Assembly: GCA_964567295.1 (NCBI GenBank)
Contig: CAZMLU010000001.1
Span: forward strand, 8,606 to 72,605
Source of the DNA: an uncultured Desulfovibrionaceae bacterium
Lineage (GTDB): Bacteria; Bacillota; Dethiobacteria; DTU022; UBA8154
Length of the DNA: 64,000 nt
Reading direction: 5' to 3'
Part shown: positions 48,722 through 59,745 of the stretch, one piece after another
How the letters are laid out: every line of letters begins with the position of its first letter
Numbering within the stretch: position 1 is the first letter of the stretch
Translations under genes and position numbers: made by a program
Notes under the pieces: model-generated
Told to the model about the DNA's origin: nothing
The model's input: only the letters and a program-made list of their open reading frames with translations
Databases searched by the model: none

Positions 48722-50626
48722 TTATACAGGCTCGAAAATAGCCAGCGCCAGGGGAGGAACTTTTATTCTCAGGCTAAAGTGCTGGTTGTGCCATGCCGAT
48801 GAAGATGCCTGTAGCGGCATCTTGTTCAGCTGCCCCGATCCTCCATACTCTTCCCTGTCACTGTTAAAAACTTCCCGGTAAAGCCCTGGCTCAGGAACAC
48901 CAATGTTGTAATTCTCGTGTAGCGTAGGTGCAAAATTACAGACCCCTACAAGTAATCCTTTTACCCCTTTATCTTTTCGCACAAAGGTAACGATACTCTG
49001 TTTATAATCATGAGGGTCGATCCACTCAAATCCTTCTTTTGCACTGTCCAGTTCCCAGAGGCTCTCTTTGCCAAGATAAAAAAAGTTTAACTGCATCACA
49101 TAATGCTGTAGTTGGCGATGTTTTTCATGTTGCAGCAGGTTCCAGTCCAATTGCCGTTCCTCGCTCCATTCCCGGAACTGGCCAAATTCTCCGCCCATAA
49201 AGTGCAGTATTTTTCCAGGGTGGAGAGCCATATACCCGTAGAGGAGTCGCAAGTTGGCAAATTTCTGCCAATAGTCGCCCGGCATCTTCTCTAACAGAGC
49301 TTTTTTACCATGAACCACCTCATCGTGCGAAAGAGGGAGAATGTAATTTTCAGAAAACGCATACCAGAAAGAAAAGGTAAGACGGTTATGATGCCACTTG
49401 CGGTACACAGGGTCCATTTCCATGTAGGAAAGTATATCGTTCATCCAGCCCATGTTCCATTTAAAGTTAAAACCCAGACCTCCTGTATAGGTGGGGTTGG
49501 TAACCTGGGGCCATGCGGTGGACTCTTCAGCAATCATCAAGGCTTCCGGATAGTATTTAAATACCTGGGCGTTCAGTTTCTGCAAAAAGTTAATGCCCTC
49601 CAGGTTTTCACGTCCGCCGTAAATATTGGGAAGCCATTCCCGGCCCTTTTTGCCATAATCCAGGTAGAGCATGCTGGCCACGGCATCCACCCGAAAGCCG
49701 TCAATATGGTAAACATCCATCCAGAAAAGGGCGTTAGAGATCAGAAAACTTTGCACCTGGGGGCAGCCCAAGTCGAAGCAGAGAGTGCCCCATTCCGGGC
49801 TTTCAGCACGGTGCGGATCTTTATATTCGTAAAGGGGGGTCCCGTCAAAGCGGGCCAGGCCATGAGCATCTTTACAAAAATGTCCGGGAACCCAATCCAT
49901 AATAACTCCCAGGCCTTTTTGGTGACAGAGATCCACAAAGTACATGAAATCCTGGGGAGTCCCGTACCTGCTGGTCAGAGAAAAGTAACCCGTAGCCTGG
50001 TAGCCCCAAGAGCCGTCAAAGGGATGCTCTGTTAAAGGAAGCAGCTCCAGGTGAGTATAGCCCATATCGACGGCATAGTCCGCTAATTCTTCAGCCAACT
50101 GGCGATAGTTATAAAAATCCCCGTTTTCGCTTCGCCTCCAGGAACCCAGGTGCACCTCATAGATAAGAAGAGGACGCTCGTGGGGGTGAGTTTTCTTTTG
50201 TTCCTGCCGCCAGTCTTTATCTCCCCAGGTATATTTTGACAGGGAAACAATCCGTGAAGCCGTCCCCGGCCTTTGTTCGGCAGCAAAGCCAAAAGGGTCC
50301 GCTTTTAAGAACGTTTCACCCCCGGGGCCTTGAATTTCGTATTTATAAAGCTGTCCTTCCCTGGCTTCAGGAATAAAAAGGGACCAGATACCCGAATCCT
50401 TTAACATCCGCAGAGAGTGTTGGTGCCCATCCCAGTTATTAAATTCCCCCGCCACTCTTACCTGGAGGGCATGGGGCGCCCAAACAGTAAAACGAACACC
50501 ACTGGTTTTACTTCCGCTCTCCTGCTGGAGATGTGCGCCAAGCACCTTGTAACCACGGAAGAGACTTCCTTCTCCGAAGAGGTAAAGATCATATGCAGTA
50601 GGGAGTGTAGAGCCATTAGTGGTCAT
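48722..50626 (-). CDS. glgB: 1,4-alpha-glucan branching enzyme
   Basis: 634 aa; GH13 branching-enzyme motifs (DWVPGHF, GFRVDAVASM, EESTAWP). Confidence 0.9.
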   Translation of the reverse strand: MTTNGSTLPTAYDLYLFGEGSLFRGYKVLGAHLQQESGSKTSGVRFTVWAPHALQVRVAGEFNNWDGHQHSLRMLKDSGIWSLFIPEAREGQLYKYEIQGPGGETFLKADPFGFAAEQRPGTASRIVSLSKYTWGDKDWRQEQKKTHPHERPLLIYEVHLGSWRRSENGDFYNYRQLAEELADYAVDMGYTHLELLPLTEHPFDGSWGYQATGYFSLTSRYGTPQDFMYFVDLCHQKGLGVIMDWVPGHFCKDAHGLARFDGTPLYEYKDPHRAESPEWGTLCFDLGCPQVQSFLISNALFWMDVYHIDGFRVDAVASMLYLDYGKKGREWLPNIYGGRENLEGINFLQKLNAQVFKYYPEALMIAEESTAWPQVTNPTYTGGLGFNFKWNMGWMNDILSYMEMDPVYRKWHHNRLTFSFWYAFSENYILPLSHDEVVHGKKALLEKMPGDYWQKFANLRLLYGYMALHPGKILHFMGGEFGQFREWSEERQLDWNLLQHEKHRQLQHYVMQLNFFYLGKESLWELDSAKEGFEWIDPHDYKQSIVTFVRKDKGVKGLLVGVCNFAPTLHENYNIGVPEPGLYREVFNSDREEYGGSGQLNKMPLQASSSAWHNQHFSLRIKVPPLALAIFEPV

Positions 50627-50704
50627 AAAATATAATCCTTTCCATATAGCTGATTAACTGAGATTAAAACTGGTATTATAGCTGAATACGTGAAATTGCG
50701 GTGT

Positions 50705-52021
50705 TTAATACCAGTTAAAAACTTTATGGTATAAAAAGCGCTGATAGAAAATTGTTGCCAAGAGAAGTAAGATTCCTGAGCCCAGATAAGAGATTCGCAG
50801 CCCATCCTGGGTTGCAGCTGTTAAAGGAAAAAGAGAAAGAAAAAGGCCTAAAATTGCCGAGCCTCCGGCCATGGATAGTTTTGCCACCAGTCCCTGGCTA
50901 GCATAAAGCATAGCTTCCCTCTGCTCACCTTTTTGCAACCTACGCCGCTCGGATATCTCAGCTACTACCGCATTCGGTAAAACCAACAGCAGCAATATCG
51001 GTCCGACAGCTGCAGCAAGCAGCAAGGCAACATGCACCTGGGCTGTTCCCGGTAACAGTTCCCCGCCGGCCAGCGAAAAGAGGGCCACAAAGATTCCGGC
51101 CAGCAGCAGAGCATTGCGATAGGCGACATCTTTCCCTTTCTTCTTTACTCTTTTATAGGTCAGACCAATTCCTGTTCCCCCACCCAGCAGCAAAATCACC
51201 AGAGCTAAGGGGGAAAGGTCATGATAAGAACTGATACCCAGCATTGATGTGGCCAGATAGGGCAGTAGCATTACTTGCATGATTACGGCAGCCCAAGTGA
51301 AAGCCTGGGTGGCTACCCAGAAAAGAAAAATCTTATCTTTCCCCAGTGAGGACCAGGCTTTAAGCCAGCTCACGGAAAGGAGTTCGGGCGAAGTGGAAAC
51401 CTTCCTTTCTTCGATTACCATGGTGGGCCAAAGCAGGGTAAAAGCTATGGGTATTGAAAAAAATAGCGTGAGCGAGGGAAGTCCCAGCAGGGGCCCTAAA
51501 ATTGATGAAGCTAAAAAGCCCATACCGGCTCCACCTCCGTAAAAAGCAATCTGCTTAACCGCAAGAGCAACCCTTTCCCCATCGTCTCGGGCTAATTCCG
51601 GAAGCAGCGCCAGGTACGGAACAGCAACAACGCTGTAGAAGAAAAAGAAAAAACAGAGAAAAACTGTCACCCACAGAAAATTAACTGCAGCGGCCCCTTC
51701 CATTGGAGGTCGCCATAATAGCACAAAGGAAAGGAGTAAAAACAAAGCGCCCCATAACATAAAAGGCTTACGCCGACCCCATCGGGAATGTGCGCGATCA
51801 CTGAAAAAAGCCACCACGGGATCGCTCAAGGCATCAATCACTCTACCCATAACCATTGCCACACTGACTTTACCGATATCCAGGTAAAATGTCATCTCCA
51901 CAGAAGGCGGTGGCGAATAGAAATATATAATCCACTGGGCAACCATCTGGTGGGCAAGGCCCAAGCCGAACATAACTACAGGGTACCACTTTTTTGTTCC
52001 AGGTGATAGGTTTCCCGGCAT
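50705..52021 (-). CDS. MFS-type transporter
   Basis: Roughly 12 transmembrane segments and a glycoside-pentoside-cation symporter-like organisation. The start is uncertain: GTG at 52036 or ATG at 52021. Confidence 0.6.
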   Translation of the reverse strand: MPGNLSPGTKKWYPVVMFGLGLAHQMVAQWIIYFYSPPPSVEMTFYLDIGKVSVAMVMGRVIDALSDPVVAFFSDRAHSRWGRRKPFMLWGALFLLLSFVLLWRPPMEGAAAVNFLWVTVFLCFFFFFYSVVAVPYLALLPELARDDGERVALAVKQIAFYGGGAGMGFLASSILGPLLGLPSLTLFFSIPIAFTLLWPTMVIEERKVSTSPELLSVSWLKAWSSLGKDKIFLFWVATQAFTWAAVIMQVMLLPYLATSMLGISSYHDLSPLALVILLLGGGTGIGLTYKRVKKKGKDVAYRNALLLAGIFVALFSLAGGELLPGTAQVHVALLLAAAVGPILLLLVLPNAVVAEISERRRLQKGEQREAMLYASQGLVAKLSMAGGSAILGLFLSLFPLTAATQDGLRISYLGSGILLLLATIFYQRFLYHKVFNWY

Positions 52022-52142
52022 CCCCTTACCACTCACTCCTTGAAGCTCGAAACCAAAAAGATAAGGACTGTGTTCCGTCTAACGGAATATTCATTTTTTG
52101 GAAAGTTTGTTTTCTTTTCTTTTCATTGTATCATCTTTTGGG

Positions 52143-52170
52143 CAAAATAAAAAGAAAGGCAGCGCCTTTC
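52143..52170 (-). terminator. Rho-independent terminator after pdxT
   Basis: GAAAGGC-agc-GCCUUUC hairpin flanked by an A-run and a U-run (bidirectional). Confidence 0.65.
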
Positions 52171-52232
52171 CTCTATTTTTTTCTAACCGGCTCTAGGCAA
52201 TAAGTCAAAGTTTTATTATAGTTTGGTTGAAC

Positions 52233-52853
52233 TTAAGATGCTGTGGAAGTCATCTTGGTGGTCCTGCATTCCATAGCTATCTGCAGAAAATAACCGTGGA
52301 AACGCAGATCGTCAGTCAATTCCGGATGAAAAGCCGTAGCGATAATATTACCCTGGCGAGCTCCTACTACAGCATTTTCAAATTTAGCCAATATCTCTAC
52401 CTCTGGACTAACGGAAGTAATGAGAGGGGCACGTATAAAGACAGCACAAAAAGGCTCAATCCCCAGCACTTTAACCTCCAGGTCCGCCTCAAAGCTTTCC
52501 TGCTGCCGGCCATAAGCGTTGCGTCTCACGGAAACAGACATCAGGGAAAGAATAGGGGCCTGCCCCTCCACCTCTTCTGCCAGAAGCACCAGGCCAGCGC
52601 AGGTGCCAAACAGGGGCTTTCCCCTGGCAGCAAATTTGTATATCTCTTCTTGGAATCCGTAAAGACTTCCCAACCTCCCGATGGTGGTGCTCTCTCCGCC
52701 GGGAAGCACCAAACCGTCCAGTTCCTTTAAAAGGTAAGGGTCTTTTCTTACCTCCACAGCTGTGCTACCACATCTTTCCACAGCTTCCATATGTTTAGAG
52801 ACAGCGCCCTGGAGAGCAAGCACTCCAATTTTTAGATCCTTGAAGTCGTTCAT
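52233..52853 (-). CDS. pdxT: Pyridoxal 5'-phosphate synthase glutaminase subunit
   Basis: 206 aa; a class I glutamine amidotransferase (GTCAG ... catalytic His/Glu). Confidence 0.9.
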   Translation of the reverse strand: MNDFKDLKIGVLALQGAVSKHMEAVERCGSTAVEVRKDPYLLKELDGLVLPGGESTTIGRLGSLYGFQEEIYKFAARGKPLFGTCAGLVLLAEEVEGQAPILSLMSVSVRRNAYGRQQESFEADLEVKVLGIEPFCAVFIRAPLITSVSPEVEILAKFENAVVGARQGNIIATAFHPELTDDLRFHGYFLQIAMECRTTKMTSTAS

Positions 52854-52928
52854 TTCCTTTCACTGCCTTTCTTTGTCCTTTCAGAAGGAAGCTGCAATCC
52901 CTTTTCCAAAAACAGGCATTACTTTTTA

Positions 52929-53816
52929 TTAAGCACCCCTTATCTGCATGCGGTCGGCATCAGTTAACATGGCCATATCAATCCCGGCCATAGCCTCTCC
53001 TATTTTTCTGGAAACTTTTACCAGGACCTCGGGATCGTCAAAGTGCAGGGTGGCTTCTACGATGGCATAGGCTCTTTTTTGGGGATCGCGGGCCTTGAAA
53101 ATGCCCGAGCCTACAAAAACACCGTCCGCACCCAGCTGCATCATAAGAGCCGCATCGGCGGGCGTGGCTACGCCACCAGCAGCAAAATTCACCACCGGAA
53201 GCTTGCCCAGAGTCTTTACCTCTTTCAGCAGTTCGTATGGCGCTCCGATTTCCCTGGCAATAACCATTAATTCCTCCTCCGGTGCAGTTTCTACCTGGCG
53301 TATCTGGGCCATTACCTGTCGCAAATGTCTCACCGCTTCTACAACGTTCCCGGTGCCAGGCTCCCCCTTGGTCCGGATCATCGCGGCCCCCTCACCGATA
53401 CGACGCAGAGCTTCCCCCAAATCCCTTGCTCCACAGACAAAGGGAACTGTAAACTTGTGCTTGTTTATATGATATTTTTCATCAGCAGGGGTTAGAACTT
53501 CACTTTCATCGATATAATCAACACCAAGAGATTCCAGTATCTGTGCCTCTGCCTGGTGGCCGATACGACATTTAGCCATAACCGGAATTGTTACCGCTTC
53601 CATGATGGCAGTTACAATCTCCGGATCTGCCATGCGGGCCACACCACCGGTGGCCCTGATATCAGCAGGAACCTTTTCCAGGGCCATTACCGCAACAGCT
53701 CCCGCTGCTTCAGCAATTTTTGCCTGTTCCGGGTTGATCACATCCATAATGACCCCGCCTTTTTGCATTTCGGCCATGCCTTTTTTCACCCTGAACGTAC
53801 CTTTATTCACTGCCAT
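52929..53816 (-). CDS. pdxS: Pyridoxal 5'-phosphate synthase lyase subunit
   Basis: 295 aa; a highly conserved PdxS barrel (GGVIMDV ... AKCRIGH ... [11 protein letters not shown]). Confidence 0.9.
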   Translation of the reverse strand: MAVNKGTFRVKKGMAEMQKGGVIMDVINPEQAKIAEAAGAVAVMALEKVPADIRATGGVARMADPEIVTAIMEAVTIPVMAKCRIGHQAEAQILESLGVDYIDESEVLTPADEKYHINKHKFTVPFVCGARDLGEALRRIGEGAAMIRTKGEPGTGNVVEAVRHLRQVMAQIRQVETAPEEELMVIAREIGAPYELLKEVKTLGKLPVVNFAAGGVATPADAALMMQLGADGVFVGSGIFKARDPQKRAYAIVEATLHFDDPEVLVKVSRKIGEAMAGIDMAMLTDADRMQIRGA

Positions 53817-53872
53817 GCCAACAAGCCTCCTGTTATTCCTCCAAAATAGCCTTACCCTGTTCAGCTTTATCC

Positions 53873-53901
53873 CATTTTACTACATAGAACACCTTTAAAC
53901 A
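53873..53901 (-). promoter_or_regulatory. Candidate sigma-A promoter for pdxST
   Basis: On the minus strand: TTGTTT, a 17-nt spacer, then TAAAAT, about 55 nt upstream of the pdxS ATG (ribosome-binding site ACAGGAGG). Confidence 0.45.
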
Positions 53902-53923
53902 AGTCGGTTAATGGTATGAATGA

Positions 53924-55042
53924 TTAGGCCTCAAATTTTGTTTCCAGGTGGGTCTTACGTGCATGGCGCAAGAGGGCTATTTCAATAAGCTTGTCGATAA
54001 GTTCCACATAAGGCAATCCGCTAGCTTCCCACAGTTTGGGATACATGCTGATATTTGTAAAGCCGGGCATGGTATTGATTTCGTTTACGTAGATCCGCTG
54101 CTCCTCTTCAAGGTAAAAGAAATCAACTCTTCCCAGCCCGCTGCATTCTACAGCCTGGAAGGCATATAACGCCAACTTCCTGAGTTCCTCCTCCACCCCT
54201 GGTTCCAGCGGGGCAGGGATCAGAAGCCGTGAACGTTCATCAAGGTATTTTGCTTTGTAATCGTAGAAATCATTGCAGGGAATCACCTCGCCGGGCACAG
54301 ACGCCAGCGGGTTTTCATCTCCAAGGACACTGCATTCCAATTCGCGACCGGGAATAAACTCCTCCACTACCACCTTCAAATCATAGCGAAGCGCTTCTTG
54401 AACCCCCCTGTAAAGCATATCCCTTGAAGAGACCTTGCTGACGCCTACACTGGAACCCAGGTTGGCAGGTTTTATAAAGCAGGGATAGCCAAACCTCTTT
54501 TCTATAAGAGCAACAAGGTTCTCCTTTTCTGCTTCCCAGCGCAAAGTGCTGAAGTAAAAAAAATCGCCCTGAGGTAGACCATTATGGCGAAAAAGAATTT
54601 TCATGACTGCTTTGTCCATAGCTGCAGCAGAAGAGAGCACTCCTGCTCCCACGTAAGGAAGGCCGGCCATTTCCAATAACCCCTGGACGGTGCCATCTTC
54701 TCCGTATGTTCCATGCAGAACAGGAAAAACAGCGTCCAGGGGAATAAATGATTCCGCTTCTGTTGAGGAACCTACATCCAAAAGCAACAGCCCGGAAGCG
54801 AAAGGTTTAGTTGCCAGTGAAGCATAAAAACACGAGCCGGGGATATCTTTCTGGAGCAAGGCCTCCATGGGGTTGCCCCCAGCCAACCAAAATCCGTCCT
54901 CGGTAATCCCTACCGGTACAATGTTATACTTCTCCTTGTCCATAGCCTCAATAACCGAAGCTGCAGATTTCAGAGAAACAGCATGCTCGCCGGACCTTCC
55001 CCCAAAAAGAACAGCAACAGTTAACTTTTTTCCTTTTGCCAA
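53924..55042 (-). CDS. ddl: D-alanine--D-alanine ligase
   Basis: KKLTVAVLFGGRSGEHAVSL... and an ATP-grasp domain. Probable TTG start at 55042 with a GGGGGTG ribosome-binding site; the ORF track extends to 55120. Confidence 0.8.
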   Translation of the reverse strand: MAKGKKLTVAVLFGGRSGEHAVSLKSAASVIEAMDKEKYNIVPVGITEDGFWLAGGNPMEALLQKDIPGSCFYASLATKPFASGLLLLDVGSSTEAESFIPLDAVFPVLHGTYGEDGTVQGLLEMAGLPYVGAGVLSSAAAMDKAVMKILFRHNGLPQGDFFYFSTLRWEAEKENLVALIEKRFGYPCFIKPANLGSSVGVSKVSSRDMLYRGVQEALRYDLKVVVEEFIPGRELECSVLGDENPLASVPGEVIPCNDFYDYKAKYLDERSRLLIPAPLEPGVEEELRKLALYAFQAVECSGLGRVDFFYLEEEQRIYVNEINTMPGFTNISMYPKLWEASGLPYVELIDKLIEIALLRHARKTHLETKFEA

Positions 55043-55152
55043 AGAATGCACCCCCGCAGAAAAGGTTGCAGGCCTCTTCAAACACTCAAACAGGCCCAAA
55101 ACTTTCAAAGGGCAGGACACGTCACGTGGACTGGTCCCTTGTCCCGCCCTAA

Positions 55153-57240
55153 CTACTTCTCTTCTTTGGCTGTCTTAGCCGCTGCCACAATTTTTTCCCT
55201 TTCGTGAGAAGGAACTTCTTCGTAATGAGAATGCTTCATGGTGAAAAAACCTCTGCCTTGGGTCATAGAGCGAAGATCTATGGCGTATGTGAACATCTCC
55301 GCCAGGGGAACCTGGGCTTTGATGGTCTGGAGTCCCTCTCCGGGATTCATGCCCTGGATCCGCCCCCTCCTGCTGTTCAAATCCCCCATGATGTCACCCA
55401 TATAGTTTTCGGGAATGATAACCTCTACCTCCATGATAGGCTCTAATAGTATGGGTTCGGACTGCTCCATGGCTCCTCGGAAAGCCATGGCTCCAGCTAT
55501 TTTAAAAGCCATCTCGGAAGAATCCACCGGGTGGTACGAACCGTCATAGAGAGTGGCTTTGATGTCAACCACAGGATAGCCGGCCACGATTCCCTCTTCC
55601 ATGGCTTCCAAGATTCCTTTTTCTACTGCTGGTATATACTGGCGCGGGACCACACCTCCCACGATCTTGTCTTCGAATTCAAATCCTTCGCCGCGGGGCA
55701 TGGGGGTTAGGCTCAAGTGAACATGGCCGAACTGACCACGTCCGCCACTCTGCTTTTTATACTTTCCTTCCTTGGAAGCGCTGCTGCGGATAGTTTCTTG
55801 GTAAGGAACTTTTGGGGTTTTAAGCTCTACTTCTACTCCGAACTTTTTAGATAACCGTTCCACGATAACATCCAAATGGGTATCTCCCATTCCCGATATC
55901 ACCACTTCTTTGGTATCAGTCCTTCTTTCCACGGAAAAAGAAGGATCTTCCTCCAGGAAGCGTGCTAATCCAGAGCTAACTTTTTCTTCGTCTCCCTTGG
56001 CTTTAGGCTCCATTGCAAAGGAGAGGACGGGCTCTGGAAATTCGATGGGGGGAAAAACGATGGGATTTGCCTTATCGCAAAAAGTGTCATTGGTCACCGT
56101 AGCGGACAACTTGGTTACAGCACCGATATCACCGGCAACAATTTCATCACTTTGAATCTGGTTTTTCCCGCTCATGAAAAAAAGGTTTCCGACACGTTCC
56201 ATTTTATCCTTGCTGGAATTGTAAACCTGGGAGTCGGGCTTCATCTTGCCAGAAAAGGCCCGGAAGTAATTAACCCTACCCACATAAGGGTCGGCAATGG
56301 TCTTAAAAACCAGGGCTGAGAAAGGATCTGAAATTGACGGCTCCCTGGTGGTTTCTTCGTCTTTTTCTGGTATCTTCCCCTGAACCGGAGTTCTCTCGGC
56401 GGCAGAGGGAAGAGCTCCTACTATCAGATCTAAAAGGGGTTGTAAGCCGTAGTTTAGGGTGGCCGCACCACAGAGAACAGGTACAATTTTCCCCTCCAGT
56501 GTGCCCTTTCGCAGCGCGCCATTAATCTCTTCCTCGCTTAGAGATTCTTCTTCCAGGTATTTTTCCATTAATGCATCATCGGCTTCCGCAGCCGCTTCTA
56601 TCACTTTCTCCCTCATCTCTGCCGCCATGTCGTTAAATTCAGCAGGAATTTCTTCTTCTTTAATAGAGCCACTGGCGTCATCCTGGAAAAGAAGAGCTTT
56701 CATTTTTACCAGATCTACCACTCCACGGAAAGATTCTTCCTGCCCCAAAGGAAATTGCAAGGGAAATACCTTGACACCAAAAAATTGCCGAAGCTGTTCC
56801 AGGGTTTTATCAAAATCAGCATTTTCCCTGTTCACCTTGTTGATAAAGATAGCCCTGGGAAGTTTAAATTCATCGGCAAAGCTCCAGACTTTTTCTGTTC
56901 CAACCTCAACTCCGGATACGGCACATACAACCACCACAGCTGACTCTACGACTCGTAGAGCTGCCTTCACATCGCCTACAAAGTCAAAATAACCCGGCGT
57001 ATCCAGAAGGTTTATTTTTGCGCCCTTCCATTCCAGAGGTGCCAGGGCCGAGCCAATGGTAACACCTCTTTTAACTTCTTCGGGATCGAAGTCTGTAGTA
57101 GTATTACCATCCTCGACCCTACCCAACCTGTTAATTGCACCTGTAGTGTAAAGAGCTGCTTCTGTTAGCGATGTCTTGCCCGCTCTGCCGTGAGAAATAA
57201 AAGCTACATTGCGTATCTGTCCAGTATCGTAACCTTTCAT
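55153..57240 (-). CDS. Elongation factor G paralogue (EF-G2-like translational GTPase)
   Basis: All five EF-G domains are present. The G1 motif reads SHGRAGKTS, which deviates from the canonical AHIDAGKTT. The start is ambiguous: ATG at 57240 or GTG at 57279. Confidence 0.8.
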   Translation of the reverse strand: MKGYDTGQIRNVAFISHGRAGKTSLTEAALYTTGAINRLGRVEDGNTTTDFDPEEVKRGVTIGSALAPLEWKGAKINLLDTPGYFDFVGDVKAALRVVESAVVVVCAVSGVEVGTEKVWSFADEFKLPRAIFINKVNRENADFDKTLEQLRQFFGVKVFPLQFPLGQEESFRGVVDLVKMKALLFQDDASGSIKEEEIPAEFNDMAAEMREKVIEAAAEADDALMEKYLEEESLSEEEINGALRKGTLEGKIVPVLCGAATLNYGLQPLLDLIVGALPSAAERTPVQGKIPEKDEETTREPSISDPFSALVFKTIADPYVGRVNYFRAFSGKMKPDSQVYNSSKDKMERVGNLFFMSGKNQIQSDEIVAGDIGAVTKLSATVTNDTFCDKANPIVFPPIEFPEPVLSFAMEPKAKGDEEKVSSGLARFLEEDPSFSVERRTDTKEVVISGMGDTHLDVIVERLSKKFGVEVELKTPKVPYQETIRSSASKEGKYKKQSGGRGQFGHVHLSLTPMPRGEGFEFEDKIVGGVVPRQYIPAVEKGILEAMEEGIVAGYPVVDIKATLYDGSYHPVDSSEMAFKIAGAMAFRGAMEQSEPILLEPIMEVEVIIPENYMGDIMGDLNSRRGRIQGMNPGEGLQTIKAQVPLAEMFTYAIDLRSMTQGRGFFTMKHSHYEEVPSHEREKIVAAAKTAKEEK

Positions 57241-57395
57241 AAATAACCCGGCTTTGAAGGAGAAAAACCGGGTAAACACCTCCTCCCGTCCTTGTTATTA
57301 AATGCAGCCAGCATTATACAAACTATTTCAGCAAAAACACAATCACAACCAGCCGGAGAAAGCTGTCTAAACCTTTGAGGTTTTCTAAGCAGGGA

Positions 57396-57905
57396 TTACC
57401 TCTTTTTTACCTTCTCCTTCACATAGTTGATAAGTCCACCTTTTGCAATTATTTCCTGCATAAACGGAGGGAAAGGAACCGCTTTATATTTTTGCCCTCC
57501 CGTAAGCTCTTTTATTTCTCCGTTTTCCAGGTCAACCTCTACTTCCTCACCCTCTTGTAAAGAGTTGGCCGCTTCTGCTGATTCCAAAATAGGCAGACCG
57601 ATATTGATAGCATTTCGATAAAAGATACGGGCAAAGCTTTCCGCAATCACACAGGCAATACCGGCCTCCTTAATAGCCAGGGGTGCATGCTCGCGAGAAC
57701 TGCCGCAACCGAAATTCTTTCCCCCTACAATTATATCTCCGGGAGATGCCTTTTGCATAAAGTCGGGATCGGCATCTTCCATGCAATGCGACGCCAGTTC
57801 TGCCGGATCAGAAGTATTAAGGTAGCGAGCCGGAATAATTGCATCGGTATCTACATTATCCCCGAATTTCCATGCCTTTCCTTTTATCTTGCCCATATAA
57901 GTCAC
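57396..57905 (-). CDS. leuD: 3-isopropylmalate dehydratase small subunit (LeuD / aconitase-X small-subunit type)
   Basis: 169 aa; the aconitase swivel domain ([11 protein letters not shown]). Confidence 0.85.
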   Translation of the reverse strand: MTYMGKIKGKAWKFGDNVDTDAIIPARYLNTSDPAELASHCMEDADPDFMQKASPGDIIVGGKNFGCGSSREHAPLAIKEAGIACVIAESFARIFYRNAINIGLPILESAEAANSLQEGEEVEVDLENGEIKELTGGQKYKAVPFPPFMQEIIAKGGLINYVKEKVKKR

Positions 57906-59167
57906 CTCCGAATTTCTTCAGGATGGGCGATACGACCCGCAACAGCTGAAGCTGCTGCGACGGCAGCTCCCGACAGGTATACTTTGCTTTCCGGATGACC
58001 CATTCGACCCACAAAATTGCGGTTGGTGGTAGCCAGGGCCACTTCTCCTTGGGCCAGTATCCCCATGTGGCCTCCCAGACAGGGACCGCAGGTAGGTGTG
58101 CTTACAGCAGCCTCTGCGTCGATAAAAATATCGATAAGACCCTCTCTAATGGCTTCACGGTAAATGGCCTGGGTAGCCGGAATAATTAATAGCCGCACGT
58201 TCGGATGAACCTTGCGCCCTTTTATAAAACTCGCTGCTGTGCGCAAATCCTCTAACCTGCCGTTGGTACAGGAGCCGATCACTACCTGATCCAGGGGAGT
58301 GCCGGCCGCTTCCGAAACCGGCCGCGCATTGGCCGGGCTAAAAGGCAAGGAAACCTGCGGTTCCAGCTCATCGACATCCCAGCGATATTCTTCCAGGACT
58401 GGGGCATCTATATCGCTGGCAATAGCTTTATAATCTCTGCGAGCGCGACCCTTCAGGTAGCTGTGAGTGACATTATCCACAGGAATTAGCCCCACTTTGG
58501 CACCGGCTTCTATAGCCATATTGGAGATGGTAAAACGTCCATCCATGCTCAGATTCTCAATAGCTTCCCCTGTAAATTCCAGAGCACAGTAACGTGCTCC
58601 TTCAACTCCCAGCTTTCCTATAGCATACAGGATCAGGTCTTTTCCTTCCAAGAAGGGAGCCATTTTGCCTTGGAAAATGATGCGTATGGTCGGGGGAACT
58701 TTGAACCAGAGTTCGCCTGTGGCCATTACGGCGGCCAGATCCGTGCTACCTACTCCGGTGGCAAAAGCCCCCAGGGCACCGTATGTACAGGTATGGGAAT
58801 CGGCTCCGATTATTACCTCTCCGGGATGTACCAACCCCAGTTCCGGCAAAAGAGCATGTTCTATCCCCATACGTCCTACTTCGTAATAATGAAGAATTTC
58901 CTGCTCCCGGGAAAAATCACGCATCAGCTTAACCTGTCCGGCGGTTTGAATATCCTTGTTAGGAGTAAAATGATCCGGTATCAAAGCTATCCGTTCCCGG
59001 TCAAAAACTTTTTCCACACCTATCTTTCTAAATTCATTGATGGCTACTGGAGCAGTAATATCATTTCCCAAGGCCAGGTCTATCCTGGCATTGAGAAGCT
59101 CCCCGGGTGACACTTCACCCCGGCCGGCGGCTTGGGCCAGGATTTTTTCTGCCATGGTCATCCCCAT
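57902..59167 (-). CDS. leuC: 3-isopropylmalate dehydratase large subunit
   Basis: 421 aa; the aconitase-family [4Fe-4S] Cys ligands, and a 4-nt overlap with leuD. Confidence 0.85.
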   Translation of the reverse strand: MGMTMAEKILAQAAGRGEVSPGELLNARIDLALGNDITAPVAINEFRKIGVEKVFDRERIALIPDHFTPNKDIQTAGQVKLMRDFSREQEILHYYEVGRMGIEHALLPELGLVHPGEVIIGADSHTCTYGALGAFATGVGSTDLAAVMATGELWFKVPPTIRIIFQGKMAPFLEGKDLILYAIGKLGVEGARYCALEFTGEAIENLSMDGRFTISNMAIEAGAKVGLIPVDNVTHSYLKGRARRDYKAIASDIDAPVLEEYRWDVDELEPQVSLPFSPANARPVSEAAGTPLDQVVIGSCTNGRLEDLRTAASFIKGRKVHPNVRLLIIPATQAIYREAIREGLIDIFIDAEAAVSTPTCGPCLGGHMGILAQGEVALATTNRNFVGRMGHPESKVYLSGAAVAAASAVAGRIAHPEEIRR

Positions 59168-59247
59168 ACCCTTTCCTCCTTTTTCTGCGAGTCCTGCAGG
59201 AGAGCAAAATTCTTAGCAGCGTTTAGTAAGTTTTTCTTTCTTCATGG

Positions 59248-59745
59248 CTAGCGAACGTCGCGAGTCACCTTTCCACCCCTGAGCAGGGCAATATTACCGG
59301 TGCTTACTACTTCCTTGATTCCAAACTCTTGCATCATAAGTGTAAAAGCCTGGAGCTTGTCTTCATCACCGGTTACCTCAACAATCATGGAATCAGGAGA
59401 GATATCTATTATCCTTGCTCTAAAAGTTTCTACCATCTGCTGAATATCGCTGCGGAATTCAGGTTCTGCCCTTACCTTCAGCAGCATCAACTCACGCCCG
59501 ACAGAAGGCTCTTCTGTCATATCTCCCACCTTGATAACATTAACTAGCTTGTTGAGTTGTTTTATGATCTGTTCCAATGTAACGGGATCGGCCTCCAGGG
59601 TAACGGTCATACGTGAGATGCCCGGCTCCAGGGTGCGCCCCACAGCAATATTTTGAATATTATACCCTCTGCGGCTGAAGAGACCAGATACCCTGGCAAG
59701 AACCCCCGGCCTATCTTCTACAAGTATCGCCAGAATCCTTTTCAC
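59248..59745 (-). CDS. ilvN: Acetolactate synthase small (regulatory) subunit
   Basis: 165 aa; an ACT domain (ILAILVEDRPGVLARVSGLFSRRGYNI). Confidence 0.85.
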   Translation of the reverse strand: MKRILAILVEDRPGVLARVSGLFSRRGYNIQNIAVGRTLEPGISRMTVTLEADPVTLEQIIKQLNKLVNVIKVGDMTEEPSVGRELMLLKVRAEPEFRSDIQQMVETFRARIIDISPDSMIVEVTGDEDKLQAFTLMMQEFGIKEVVSTGNIALLRGGKVTRDVR

